The position numbers were made by a program, and so were the translations under genes. From the NCBI RefSeq assembly GCF_044704955.1, contig NC_091989.1, forward strand, positions 104,222,001-104,286,000: a DNA stretch of 64,000 bases, read 5' to 3'. This DNA is from Pristiophorus japonicus. Taxonomy: Eukaryota. The notes beneath the pieces were generated by a model that had not been told where the DNA came from, did not search any database, and saw nothing but the letters and a program-made list of their open reading frames with translations. This document shows positions 24,425 through 38,132 of this stretch, one piece after another; positions within the stretch are counted from its first letter, which is position 1, and each line of letters opens with the position of its first letter.

Positions 24425-26714
24425 ATGAGCTGGACACAGGGTAGAGGATAATTATGATGTCACAGTTGGGGAACTCTCAAGTAGAATTCCTACTTCCAGG
24501 TTACCTTCAAGCAGCAGTTTAAGAGTATACAGTGTCTGAAGAGAGCAATCAGTCCCTCGGTAATCCCTTTATAACACAGAAGGCATAATGGATAGTTGGG
24601 AAGAATGTATTTTCCCTTTAAGAATAGGCTGCCTTTGATTATGTTCAAGACGATTGAAATGCTAAAGAACACTAATAGAAAGAACTAAACAGACCAACAT
24701 GCATGCGTGAGTACGTTAGCGTCCACGCACACACACACACACATGCTAAATGTATAGTCTCTGTGCATACCCAATGGAAAAAGTAAACAACCCAGTGTAT
24801 TAGCATAGGAGTGTAATAAAAATGAAAGTGAATATATCAATGATAAAGGTAATCGTCTTGACCGACTCAATAGGGGTAAAATTAATGTTTTTTCGCGATC
24901 TCTATCTTAACCCACTATCAACTCGTTGTAATTTTTCAGTAATCCCATGCAGAAATGTATTTATTTCACCATTCTATAGTCATGGCGCTAGCTGAATTTT
25001 ACACCGTCATTGCAAATCTGAGTGAGAGCAAGCTGGGCTTTCAGTTATATGCAGTAAATTACGTCGAGAGCTGAGAATCAGGACTCTGGTTCCACACAAG
25101 CAATCGGCTATTCCACTGATTGCGTTATCCGAACTGATCGATGTGAACTAAATTTTAGCGATTGCATTGAATGTTTCAGTGTATATAGATAACACATCAT
25201 TCAATCACTGTACAATTAAGAGCAATGACAATATGGTTGTACTAAGACTGCACGCTGCCCAGCTGTATGGATATTACACATGCATCCGAGATCCATTTGC
25301 ATTCAATGGGAAACAAAAGGGCAGATACACAGATTCAGCCAGTACAAACTATAAACATAATGAGCACCACGAAAGATCCCTTGGCAAATTTATTTTTTAA
25401 TGTACTTTCACCCAACAGTTTAATCACACTCCGTGCAGTGTCGGACGCAAGCCCTGTCAGATTATTCCGCCAGGTTGGGAAATAACTTGGAGTCAAGTTG
25501 GCAAGTTAGCCTGGCTGCCAAGCGGAAACAGTTTGATAGGGATGCTAAAGTTAGTAACAATGGTTTATAGCCCATAATCCATGTTAGAGCTGAATGTCCA
25601 GTTTGAAAATTCCAGTAAGAAACGAATATATATTTTCCAAGATTCAGTGATTGCCGCTGATCAATACTTTATAAAATTTCCAATATTTGAATAAAGAATT
25701 CCACTCTAAGAGGAGCAACCACTCTCTGTTAGGGAACGGGCTGTTAGGATATTTTTTCATTGATAAAGTATTTTTGGCAGGAATGTATCCACTTTGTTGT
25801 GGGTCTTGTGGGTGACACTGCCCATGGCCCAGTGTAGTAATAAATGATTTGGGTTGCACTGCTCCTTATAATTCAGGTTAGTAAGAGACAATTTGCTTCA
25901 TAGGACCAAAACTTCCTGAATACAAACAACTGGACGCTTCTTGCACTATCTGATTAAATAAAAGTAAAACGCTCCTTAAACATCCTGTCTCCCAATTGGA
26001 TAGGGCGATAGAGAGATGCTTATTGCAGCAGGACTTTTTGAATCCTCTGTCAACTAATGCAGCAAAGCGAAGCTGCACATATATTTAGCTTGTAACCATA
26101 GACAGTTAGATACGTGCAGCTTTACATGTCCATTCACCTGCAGTACAGCAAACCGGCAGCGGCTATAACTTTTGCAAAGAAAAGTCAAATTAAGTCTGCG
26201 TTCACAAATATTTACGAACACGCACTTTTGATAATCTGAGGAAGTCCTTTCTCTATGACCTTTAGACTGCTTTACCTTTGAAGTGTTACCGCCAAGTATG
26301 AAGTCCTGCACCTGTTTATATTATGATCAGATTGGGGATTTTTTTTCAGCTTTAGAGAAACACAGGTCTTTCAAACAATATCTGTAACTCGCTAGAGCTC
26401 AGTGGGCAAATGATCCCCGAGGTGCAGTATTCAGTCATGCAGGAATGTCACTTTTTCTAAGCCCTGTTGCCTGTTGAAATAGAATTTAGGGAGTGGGGTT
26501 CTACCGCCTATCTCAGCTGCCGTGACCTTTGCTTCAAGTTGGAGATGTAATCAGTCCTACAATCTGATTATCCACGAATGGACTAGAGAGAGAAAAATGT
26601 AATCTGTGCAGTTAAATTATTGCTTTTAAGGACCGTTAGTGCTATCCCTAAAATTAAATAAATCACTGGGAGTTCATCTGTCTGCACTGAAAGCAATAGT
26701 GTTGATACAAAGCA

Positions 26715-26955
26715 ATTCAAGAAAGGAGGAAGAGAGATAACAGGGAACTACAGATCCATTAGCCTGACATCAGTTGTAGGGAAAATGTTGGAATCCATTA
26801 TTCAGGAAATGGTCACAGGGTACTTAGAAAATCATAATACGATTAGGCAGAGTCAGCATGGTGTTATGAATGGGAAATCGTGTTTGACAAATTTATTAGA
26901 GTTTTTTGAGGATGTAACTAGCAGTGTAGATAAAGAGGAATCAGTGGATGTAGTG
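26715..26955 (+). mobile_element. CR1 RT fragment
   Basis: [14 protein letters not shown]...[17 protein letters not shown]. Confidence 0.88.
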
Positions 26956-27140
26956 CAGTGGAAGACCTTCGCTTTGTCAAGCTTCTTGAACATTCCAATG
27001 GTTTAGTGATTGCAAGAGCGCTCTACCGAACACAGTATCCCCGCCGCAGCCAGATCTCACGTGGACCTGACTGTTACCTGACGACGGCCAAGTAATATAA
27101 GATTCGGTCTGGCAGACAATAAGTAGAACTATTGCTCTAA
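26956..27140 (-). repeat. Left arm of an about 185-bp diverged inverted repeat (partner 33985-34165)
   Basis: Reverse complement aligns to 33985-34165; both translate AIVLLIxCQTxSYITWPSSGNSQV. Confidence 0.9.
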
Positions 27141-27673
27141 GATCGGTTGTTGCTTTGTAAATGCACGCTATCAAACATTTCAATTAAGTAAAATCAATCT
27201 TACATTTAATTGTTATTTATTGTTTCAGTTGTTCAGCAAAACCTACATTTCCCCTACAACAGCATTTAATTGCCTCTTAAATGATTTCAGAGCCCCCCCC
27301 CCCCCCACCCCGCATGAGTACCCCAAGTCCTCTTCCATTGTCGATCAGTCTCTGTGTGAAAAAAAGCTTTTCAAGTTCTGTTCTCGGAATGGGTGTCACA
27401 TCTGCAAGGCTGAATTTGTCATGTATCCTACATGGTCACTGCTCGTACTATTACAGGGTGTGCCACTAGAGGGCACTGCAGTGGTAGACTTGCAGGTTTG
27501 CTGTACAGGTATGGCTGGACTAGTATAAAAGGCAGGCCACCATGTGTGATCCTCACTCTGGAGTTATCAATGAAGGATTAAGGTCACTACAGTTCAAGTA
27601 CAACACATTGCCTCGTGGATTCATTATAGGAGCATTTAAAGACATAACAATTGGCGATGAGATTCACGTGAAA

Positions 27674-28900
27674 ATGGCTACCCTTGGTACATTGCAGCAG
27701 TTCGCCGACGGTGATGATTGGGATACCTTTGTGGAGTGGCTCAACCATTTCTTCACAACAAATGACCTAGCAGGCATCAATCCAGCCAAAGTGGCTGATA
27801 AGCGCAGAGCTGTCCTGCTAGCCAGTTGTGGGACCACTGTCTATGGCCTCGTCAGGGACTTGCTGGTACCAGCGAAGACAATGACCAAGACATATGAGGA
27901 GCTTGTAATGCTGATCCAAGAGCAACTCAAGCCGAAAGAGAGCATCCTCACAGTCAGACACCGGTTTTCCACCCATCGATTGCCCAAAGGCCTGGAAATC
28001 ACGAAATATGCTGCAGAACTCAAAAGGCTGGTGGCACCATGTGATTTGGGCAACCACCTCACCGAAGCACTGCAGGACATCTTTGTCATTGGAATCGGCC
28101 ATGATGGCCTGCTTCATAAGCTGTCTGCGGATACCGCAGTGACATCGCAGAAGGCCATTTCCGTGAGCCAGGCATTCATGACCTCGACCTGCGGCTTTAG
28201 GCAGATGAATCATCCTCAAGACTCAAACCCGATAAGTATTGTGCTAGAGTGGTGCCTTTTAGATGTTGGATTATAGAACGTGAACCTTCTCAGGGAAGAG
28301 AGAACAGGCTCCCGAGCCCCTTAACACAGAGTCCGCCGAGGGGGGCTAATCAAGTAGCTCCAGGCTGGCGTTGCAGAAGGAATCACAAGGCTCACCAGTG
28401 CCATTATGTGTGTAAAGGCTGCAGCACAAAGGGCCACCTCCAGCAAATGTGTAAATTAAATATGACTCAATGTATTGATGAAGAGTCTGCAGATGGCCAT
28501 GAATCCAGTGTGGATTATGAAACAATAGGCAGAGAGGCAGCTCAGCCCCACGATGAGGTATATAGCATGGTTTCCTGCATCACCAAGTGTTCCCCATTGA
28601 GGAAGGAAGTCAAGATCAATGGCGTTCCAGTCTTCATGGAAGTGGACGGGGGGCGCGCCAGTCAGTAATGAATCAAGAAGCCTTTGAGAGGCTATGGGAC
28701 AATGAAGCTGAATGATCCAAGTTGGTCCTGGTTCAGGCAAAACTGCGCATCTACACTGATGAACATATCCCAATCATTGGTAGTGCAGATGTAAAGGTAC
28801 TCCATGATGGCATGGTGCAAAAGTTACTTCTGTGGATTGTTGCAGGTGATGGATCAACGCTACTCGGAAGAAGGTGGATGGAGAAGATCCATTGCAGTTG
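27674..28900 (+). pseudogene. gag-pro: Gypsy gag-protease, frameshifted
   Basis: MATLGTLQQFADGDDWDTFVE gag start, zinc knuckle CKGCSTKGHLQQMC, protease region VFMEVD... and TLLGRRWM; no RT, RNase H or integrase found downstream. Confidence 0.85.
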
Positions 28901-29945
28901 GGAAGCCTTCATCCCTCCAGCGTTCAACGTCCTCCAAGCAAAGAGGCAAAGCAAGCCCTCACCTGACGTTGGATCCAGAACCACAGAGCAGACAAGCACA
29001 GAACCTGAGGCACAGATCACTCAGCATGACTGCGTGGAGATGATCCAGCTGAGACGACCTGAATGCACCTTCCAGGCTCTAGTGGCAGGACTCCGAAAGA
29101 AGAAAATCAGATCCAAAGGCAAGTTCCCAGCTTCAGTAGCAGAAACTGGGGAGAAGAGGATCACCGCAGTCGACATCGTGGAGGGAGGAAAGATGGCACC
29201 AAAACCACGAGGTGATGTGCTGAAGAAAAAGATGGCGCCGGCCAAACCACAAGGTGCAGTGCTGATGGAGCAACACGTGGCACCAAACGGAGAAGAGGAT
29301 TGAGGTAAAGGAGGCCTGCAAACTACCACAGTTAAAGGGACAGTTCCACATTTTCAATCAATGTAGGAGCAACTGTGAGTTAGATATAAAATGTGCAATT
29401 GATGAACAGAATTGGTCATGCAATAAGCAAAGAAAAGTCTCAATGTAATAGCAACTGTGTTAGATGTAAGATGTGTAATTGATGATCAGAGCTATGCCCA
29501 TGCAATAAGCAAAGAAAAGGCGCGCAATCGCGATCGGAGTTACATGTTATTTACAATGAGTAATGAAACATTGTGCCATGTAGGATTCCAACAGCATACA
29601 GTCAATTCAGCGGGCAGACACCCATTGGGAGCACACAGGTCCAGCGAGCTATCCAATATAGTAGACTGCATCTCTGGGACCAGAGTTATGCACCATGGAG
29701 TGTGGTCACAAGCAGCCAATACATACAAGCTGCAGAGCAAGCGATTTCAGGAGCGCAATGGCAATGGTATCGATACCCTGCCCCTGATCAGCTCCATCTC
29801 TCAGACACCCAATGGCATCAACCACCATGAGCCTGAAAGAGCAAACTGAGCTAAGGCGCAGCCCCCAGACCCTATCACCACCAAGGCCATACCCGGCAAT
29901 GAATGGTCTCCCGCAACGGGTCTCCCAAATGGGACCAGGAGCAGC

Positions 29946-32660
29946 CAGGATAGATAGATTCAGGAAGGATAGAATAAAAGGAAAAGGAGGTGGGGTAGCA
30001 TTGCTGGTTAAAGAGGAGATTAATGCAATAGTTAGGAAGGACATTAGCTTGGATGATGTGGAATCTATATGGGTAGAGCTGCAGAACACCAAAGGGCAAA
30101 AAACGTTGGTGGGAGTTGTGTACAGACCTCCAAACAGTAGTAGTGATGTTGGAGAGGGCATCAAATAGGAAATTAGGGGTGCATGCAATAAAGGTGCAGC
30201 AGTTATCATGGGTGACTTTAATATGCATATAGATTGGGCTAACCAAACTGGAATAAATACGGTGGAAAAGGATTTCCTGGAGTGCATAAGGGATGGTTTT
30301 CTAGACCAGTTTGTCGAGGAATGAACAAGGGGGGAGGCCATCTTAGACTGGGTGTTGTGTAATGAGAGAGGATTAATTAGCAATCTCGTTGTGCGAGTTC
30401 ACTTGGGGAAGAGTGACCATAATATGGTGGAATTCTATATGAAACAGTTAATTCAGAGACCATGGTCCAGAACATAAAGAATGGTAACTTTGAAGGTATG
30501 AGGCGTGAATTGGCTAGGATAGATTGGTGAATGCTGTCATAAGGGATTGACAGTGGATGGGCAATGGCAGACATTTAGAGACCGCATGGATGAACTACAA
30601 CAATTGTACATCCCTGTCTGGCATAAAAATAAAAAAGGGAAGGTGGCTCAACCGTGGCTATCAAGGGAAATCAGGAATAGTATTAAGGCCAAGGAAGTGG
30701 CATACAAATTGGCCGGAAATAGCAGCGAACCCGGGGACTGGGAGAAAATAGAACTCAGCAAAGGAGGACAAAGGGTTTGATTAGGGCAGGGAAAAGAGAG
30801 TACGAAAGGAAGCTTGCAGGGAACATTAAGATGGACTGCGAAAGCTTCTATAGATATGTAAAAAGAAAAAGGTTAGTAAAGACAAACGTAGGTCCCCTGC
30901 AGTCATAACGGGGAACAAAAAAATGTCAGACCAATTGAACAAGTACTTTGGTTAGGTATTCACTAAGGAGGACACAAACAACCTTCCGGATATAAAAGAG
31001 GTCAGAGGGTCTAGTAAGAAGGAGGAACTGAGGGAAATCCTTATTAGTCGGGAAATTGTGTTGGGGAAATTGATGGGATTGAAGGCCGATAAATCCCCAG
31101 GGCCTGATGGACTGCATCCCAGATTACTTAAGGAGATGGTCTTGGAAATAGCGGATGCATTGACAGTCATTTTCCAACATTCCATAGACTCAGTATCAGT
31201 TCATATGGAGTAGAGGATAGCCAATGTAACCCCACTTTTTAAAAAAGGAGGGAGAGAGAAAACAGGGAATTATAGACCGGTCAGCCTGACATGGGTAGTG
31301 GGTAAAATGATGGAATCAATTATTAAGGATGTCATAGCAGCACATTTGGAAAGAGGTGACATGATAGGTCCAAGTCAGCATGCTTGAAAGGGAAATCATG
31401 CTTGACAAATCTTCTCAAAATATTCCAGGATGTTTCCAGTAGAGTGGACAAGGGAGAACTAGTTGATGTGGTGTATTTGGACTTTCAGAAGGCTTTCAAC
31501 AAGGTCCCACATAAGAGATTAATGTACAAAGTTAAAGCTAATGAGATTCGGGGTAGTGTGCTGACGTGGATTGAGAACTGGTTGTCAGACAGGAAGCAAA
31601 GAGTAGAGATAAATGGGTACTTTTCAGAATGGCAGGCAGTGACTAGTGGGGTACCGCAAGGTTCTGTGCTGGGGCCCCAGCTGTTTACATTATACATTAA
31701 TGATTTAGATGAGGGGATTAAATGTAATATCTCCAAATTTGCAGATGACACTAAGTTGGGTGGCAGTGTGAGCTGTGAGGAGGATGCTTTGAGGCTGCAG
31801 AGTGACTTGGATACATTAGGTGAGTGGGCAAATGCATGGCAGATGAAGTATAATGTGGATAAATGTGAGGTTATCCACTTTGGTGGTAAAACCAGAGAGA
31901 CAGACCATTATCTGAATGGTGACAGGTTAAGAAAAGGGGAGGTGCAATGAGACCTGGGTGTTATCGAAGTAATTGAAGGTTGGCATTCAGGCACAGCAGG
32001 CGGTTAAGAAAGCAAATGGCATGTTTGCCCTCATAGCGAGGGGATTTGAGACAGGGGCAGGGAGGTGTTACTACAGTTTTACAGGGCTTTGGTGAGGCCA
32101 CACCTGGAGTATTGTGTACAGTTTTGGTCTCCTAACTTGAGGAAGGACATTCTTGCTGTTGAGGGAGTGCAGCGAAGGTTCACCAGACTGATTCCCGGGA
32201 TAGCAAGACTGACATATCAAGAAAGACTGGATCAACTGGGCTTGTAGTCACTGGAGTTCAGAAGAATGAGAGGGGATCTCATAGAAATGTTTAAAATTCT
32301 GACAGGTTTAGACAGGTTAGATGCAGGAAGAATGTTCCCAATGTTGGGGAAGTCCAGAACCAGGGGTCACAGTCTAAGGATAAGGGGTAAGCCATTTAGG
32401 ACCGAGATGAGGAGAAGCTTCTTCACCCAGAGAGTGGTGAAACTGTGGAATTCTCTACCACAGAAAGTTGTTGAGGCCAATTCACTAAATATATTCAAAA
32501 AGGAGTTAGATGTAGTCCTTACTACTAGGGGGATCAAGGGGTATGGCGAGAAAGCAGGAATGGGATACTGAAGTTGCATGTTCAACCATGAACTCATTGA
32601 ATGGCGGTGCAGGCTCGAAGGGCTGAATGGACTACTCCTGCACCTATTTTCTATGTTTCT
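29946..32660 (+). mobile_element. CR1 LINE (endonuclease part, RT, tail) inserted inside the Gypsy element
   Basis: RKDRIKGKGGGVALLV, VYRPP, GDFN endonuclease motifs; RT motifs; TTTCTATG tail at about 32648-32663. Confidence 0.96.
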
Positions 32661-33984
32661 ATGGATCCCAAACCAAACAACGCTGAGGCAAGCAAGTCAG
32701 CAGTTCCCCGTGCACTGCTAGGCGACAGCTCCTCAGGGCGCAGCAGGACAGGGACAGGGAGGTCACAGGCATCTGTGAACCTGCCCAATACTAGGGGCAA
32801 TGGCGAAAGCCTCGAGAGCAGGCAACTTGAGCCAGCCGGGTTTCCACTGCCAGCACGGGGCACCGCGCCACCACCAGACTACCTGGACACCATCCAGCAG
32901 TTCTGGAACTTGCTTGTCCCTACGCACCAGTGCTGACACCTGTACTGATTCCGAGTATGTTTCAAGAATGTATCTCACCAGTCGAATGTACTTGCCTCAC
33001 AACTGCACCACAACTGTAATGATGTTAATGCAATTTTTTTCTGGACTTGAATTTATATGAATGTAATGAGCCTCTGGCAAAATCTATATGTGGAGAGGGG
33101 GGAGAGAATGGATTGGTCATGGACACACAAACAGAAACCACTGATATCCTACTGCCAATGAAACACCAACCACTCACCTTTGATAGAAACGGCCCGCCAA
33201 GGGTCAACCAGATAGAGCTAAGCCCAGGGTACAGTCAATGCAGAGGCGATTTGAATTAAAGGCTTGCGGGAGACTGATGTCATGTATCCTACATGATCAC
33301 TGCTTGTACTATTACAAGGTGTGCCACCAGAGGGCACCGCAGTGGGAGACTTGCAGATTACCTGTACAGGTGTGCCTGGCCTAGTATAAAAGACAGGCCA
33401 CCATGTGTGATCCTCATTCTGGAGTTATCAATAAAGGGCTAAGGTCACTACAGTTCAAGTACAACACATTGCCTCGTGGAGTCATTATCAGAGCATCTAA
33501 AGACGTAACAGAATTAATTACCCATTCCTAATTGCATTATACAAAGTAGCGGTGGCTTTTTCTTGAACTGCTACAATCTTTATGCGGATGGTTTGGTAGG
33601 AGATTCTAGCATATAGATGCAAAGTTGATAAAGGGATGGCAATGTATAGCCAAGTCAGGATGGTTTGTGACTTGGAGAAGAATTTGGAGATGATTACATT
33701 CCCATGATGTTGCTGCTCTCATCCTGCTCGTTGGTAGAGATATAAGAGCTGGGATCTGTTGCTCAAGAAGAACTTCCTTACATCAGTCCTTATTTGGCTT
33801 GCCTCCCGGTAGCCAGGTAATAGATTTACTTTACACAGCGTTTGGTAACGATAGTCAGCAGCCTGACTTTTAAACAGTCCGCCTGAAATTTCACTCACCA
33901 TTGTATTTTCGTTTATTTGAAATAAACATTTGAAGCTGAGAATTGTAAGATATATGAGTCCTGCGTGGGTACAATTGTTTTAAT

Positions 33985-34165
33985 AAATGCAATAGTTCTA
34001 CTTATTCTCTGCCAGACTGTATCATATATTACTTGGCCCTCCTCAGGTAACAGTCAGGTCCAGGTGAGAGCTGGGTGCAGTGGGGACACGGTGTTGGGTA
34101 GAGCGTTCTTGCAACCACTAGACCATTCAAATGTTGAAGAAGTTTGACAAAGAGAAGTCTACAGC
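33985..34165 (+). repeat. Right arm of the inverted repeat; contains a leader-like pseudo-exon 33992-34046
   Basis: IVLLILCQTVSYITWPSS followed by phase-1 donor G|gtaaca; first codon is ATA, not ATG. Confidence 0.85.
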
Positions 34166-34204
34166 AGGTCATGTCTTGCAACGGGAATGTAATGATGCTA
34201 TCTT

Positions 34205-36860
34205 ATAGAATCACAGCATGGTTACAGGACAGAAGGAGGCCATTCGGCACGTCAAGCCTGTGCCGGCTCTCTTCAAGAGCACTTCAGCTCGTCCCACTCC
34301 CCAGCTTTTTTCCCGTAGCCCTGCATTTTATTTCCTTCAGGTACTTATCCAATTCCCCTTTGAAAGCCTCAGCTGAATCTGCCTCAACCAACCTTTCAGG
34401 CAGTGAATTCCAGATCCTAATCATTCACTGCATAAACAGTTTTTCCTTATCATGCCTTTGGTTCTTCTGCCAATCACATTAAATCTGTGTCCTCTAGTTT
34501 CCGATCCTTCCGTAACTCGGAACAGTTTCTCTCTATCTACTCTGTCTAGACCCATCATGATTTTGAACATCATTATCAAATTTCCTCCCAAACTTCTCTG
34601 CTCTAAGGAGAACAGCCCCAACTTCTCTAGTCTATCCTTCATCATCATAGGCGGTCGCTCAACCTTGCTTCTACAAGAGTTCACAGATGTTTCAATGAAG
34701 GACCCGATGTTCCAATCCTGAACTCCAATTGAGGGGGTGGAAGATGCCTGTGCATGGATTTTTTTTAACATGTGGTGACCAGTGCACATCAGCCACCACA
34801 CGGGCTTGACAGAGCTCAGTTTCGGTCCAGTGGCAAGGATTAACCAAGACGACTGGAGACCAGGTCTGCAGCATGAACCTAGTGTGTGCACACTGGTCTA
34901 TCCACATAACTGAATTCACTCATCCCTGGAACCATTCCTGTACATCTTTTCTGCACCCTCTCTAAGGCCTTCACATCCTTCCTAAAGTGTGGTGCCCAGA
35001 TTTGGAAACAATACTCCAGTTGAAGCCGAACCAATCTTTTATAAAGGTTCATTATAACTTCCTTGCTTTTGTACTCCATGCCTCTATTTATGAAGCCCAT
35101 AATCTCGTAAACTTTTTGAACCGCTTTCACAAGCTACCCTGCCAACTTCAATGATTTGTGCATATATACCTCCAAGTCTTGATGCTCATCCACCATCTTT
35201 AGAATTGTACACTTTAGTTTATATTGCCTCTCCTCGTTCTTCCTACCAAAATATTTTGCTTTGCACTTTTCTGAGTTAATTTCCAACTGCCACATGTCCA
35301 CCCATTCTACCAGCCTGTCTATGTCTTCTTGAAGTCTATCATAATCCTCCTCACTGTTCACTATACTTACAAGTTTTGTGCCAGCCAGCTGCAAATTTTG
35401 AAATTTTGTTCTGTCACCCAAATCTAAGCCATTAATATATATCAAGAAAACCAGTGTTCCTCATACCGATCCCTGGGAAACATCAATGTGTACCTTCCTC
35501 CAGTCTGGAAAACATCCGTTCATCACTACTTTCTGTTTCCTGTCACTTAGCCAAGTTCGTCTCCATGCTGCCATTGTCCCTTTTATTCCATGGACTTCAA
35601 CTTTGCTGGAAAGCCTATTACGTGACACTTTATCAAAAACCTTTTGGAAATCCATGTTCAGCTCATCAACCCCAATGCCCTCATCAAACCTTTCTGTTAC
35701 CCCATCAAAAAACTCAATCAAGATAGTTAAACACGATTTGCCTTTAACAAATCCATGCTGGCTTTCCTTAATTAATACATACTTGTCCAAGTGACAGTTA
35801 ATGTCCTGGATTATAGTTTCTCAAAGCTTCCCCACTACCGAGGTTAAATTGACTGGCCTGTAGTTGCTGGCTTTACCCTTGCACCCTTTCTTAAACAAGA
35901 GTGCAATACTTGCAAGTCTTCTGGCACCGGCCCTGTATCCAAGGAGGACTGGAATATTATGGCCATTACCTCCACAATTTCCACCTTCACTTCGCTCGTC
36001 ATCCTAGAATGCATCGCCTCTGGTCCTTGTGACTTATCAACTTTAAGTATAGCCAGCCTTTCTAGTACCTCCTCCTTATCATTTTTTATCCGATCCACTA
36101 TCTCAACTACCTCCTCTTTCATTATGACTTTGGAAACTTCTTCTTTGATGAAGACAGATGCAAAGTATTAATTTAGTAACACAGCCATGGCCTCTGCCCC
36201 ATGTGTATGTTTCCATTTCTGTCCCTAATCGGCACCACCACTCCTCTTCCTACCCCTTTACTATTTATATATCTACAGAAGACTTTTGGATTCTCTGTTA
36301 TGTTAGTTGCCAATCTATTCTCATATTCTCTTTGCCAATTTTATTTAATTCCATTTTGAACTTTGGATTCAGCCTGGTGCTCGCTTGTATTCTCAAACTG
36401 ACATCTGACCTACGTCCCGTTTTTCTGCTTCATCGTCCTCTCTATCTCATTCGTGATCGAGAGAGCTTTGGCTTTGGTTGCCCTACCTTTCCCCCTCATG
36501 TGACTGTACCTGAGTCATCTCCTCTTTAAAAGCAGTCTGTTGTTTGATTACAATTTTGCCTGCCAATCTTTGATTCCAATTTACCGGGCTCAGATCCATT
36601 CTCAACCCACTGAAACTGGCTTCCCTCCATTTAAGTATTTTTACCCTAGGGAGCAACACTACCTCTAATTTTCCATTGCTAGTCTAAGCCTTATGATACT
36701 GTGACCGCTGTTCTCTAAATGCTCCCCTACTGACACTTGCTCTACTTGATCCACCTCATTACCCAAAACCACATCCAGCAATGCCTCCTTCCTCATTTGG
36801 TCGGAAACGTGCTGATCAAGAAAATTCTCATGAACACACCAGAAATTCATACCCCTCTCA
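34205..36860 (-). mobile_element. Older CR1 LINE, interrupted by a short retroposon
   Basis: Minus-strand ORF fragments [30 protein letters not shown]. Confidence 0.92.
34638..34895 (-). mobile_element. Short retroposon with (ATG)n tail (RTE-type 3' end) nested in the CR1
   Basis: catcatcataggc tail as in the RTE copies; 8-bp TSD GTCTATCC at 34630-37 and 34896-903. Confidence 0.75.
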
Positions 36861-38132
36861 GGCCTTTACATAGCAAGAAACAATGCAAGACTAGGGCTTC
36901 CGTTAATTGTACAGATAAGAATGTTATGAAACAACTGATTACTCCGTGTACACATTATGACAACTGTACGCTAACTTTTTATACAATAATTTCTCGAAAG
37001 GAAATTGATTGCAAGGCTTTTCGTAGGTGACAGATGTTACTATAATTAACAGTGTTCATATGCTCTTGGCTCAATTTCGTGGCAAACTGTTATTTTGCCC
37101 TCAACAGCTCTGGACTGTCTGTAGACTCCAAGGTCGTCAAGAATTGAAGATGCCCCATAGCGAGAGAGATTCTGATATCACCGACATTCTTGAACAAAAC
37201 AACAGAGAACCCTTTTCATCCAACAGTTGTTCTCCTTCTCATCTCCACCCTCTATTCCGCTCCCACATATGTTTCCCTATGCTACCATATTACTGTCAGC
37301 GCTGATTCAAATGTTTATCGCTTTCCCTCCTAAACTGCAATTATGTCTTCCAGCAGGCTCTTTCTCATTTCTGCTCCCTCAAACAGTTGAATTCAAGACA
37401 TATTCCTTGAAGACCTCCAAACTTTCCTCAATCTTTGCTTCCTCGACTATCGACAGGATTTCAAAACCTCTGTTGCTATTATTAATCACTGCCTCCTGAT
37501 TTACCTTTTGCTCTATCTTACGTTTTACAATCTCAAAGGGGACCATGTCCATACAACTTGGTTTCTGAATTTGGAAAAGTTTAAATAAGGAAGTATGTGG
37601 CATTGTGTTTGGAATATTACAGCTCTTTCTTTCACCATTGCGGACGCCCGTCAAACAGATTAAATTGCATTGGTCAGCTCAGTTCACTTAATCAATTATG
37701 TTCTCAAGTTCAACTTACTTTGAAACTTAAATCTATTTTTCAACAGGTACGTGGGTCTGAGGTTGCCTTGAAATAACATTGGGTGCTGCGATGGGGCTCT
37801 AATCTACATGAAGCATACACCTCCATTTCATTCTTTAAATTTGGCCCTTGGCACCACCGTCACAGGCTTGTTGTCTCACACGTCATTGTCTCACAATTCA
37901 TAGCAGGTTATGCACAGCGTTATTTCCCCTAATCTATTAGAGTTTTGTGTTTGTTGCCTTCAAACAGCCAGTTCCATCACTGAAATGTCTATGACACCTG
38001 TACTTCGGAGTATACAGTTCATTAGGATTATTTTCACATGTATTTCCTTTAGTTCGTTCTTTGCCTTTATGTCTCTCTTTCTCTCGGAAACTCATTCCGT
38101 TTGTTTTAAAACTATAAAATTCTTAATATTTG

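Larger units (their letters stand above)
27417..33510 (+). mobile_element. Non-autonomous Ty3/Gypsy LTR retrotransposon with a nested CR1
   Basis: 233-bp LTRs at 27417-27649 and 33278-33510 (TG...CA; about 22 mismatches by hand count), 5-bp TSD GAATT (27412-16, 33511-15), PBS-like TGGCGATGAG right after the 5' LTR. Confidence 0.95.

Noticed and set aside
26054-26311. Minus-strand ORF with a faint Ig-like pattern (LTFLC...LHVSN...KYMC)
   Set aside because: No Trp at the C strand, Cys spacing too short, no similarity to the three V/C1 paralogs.
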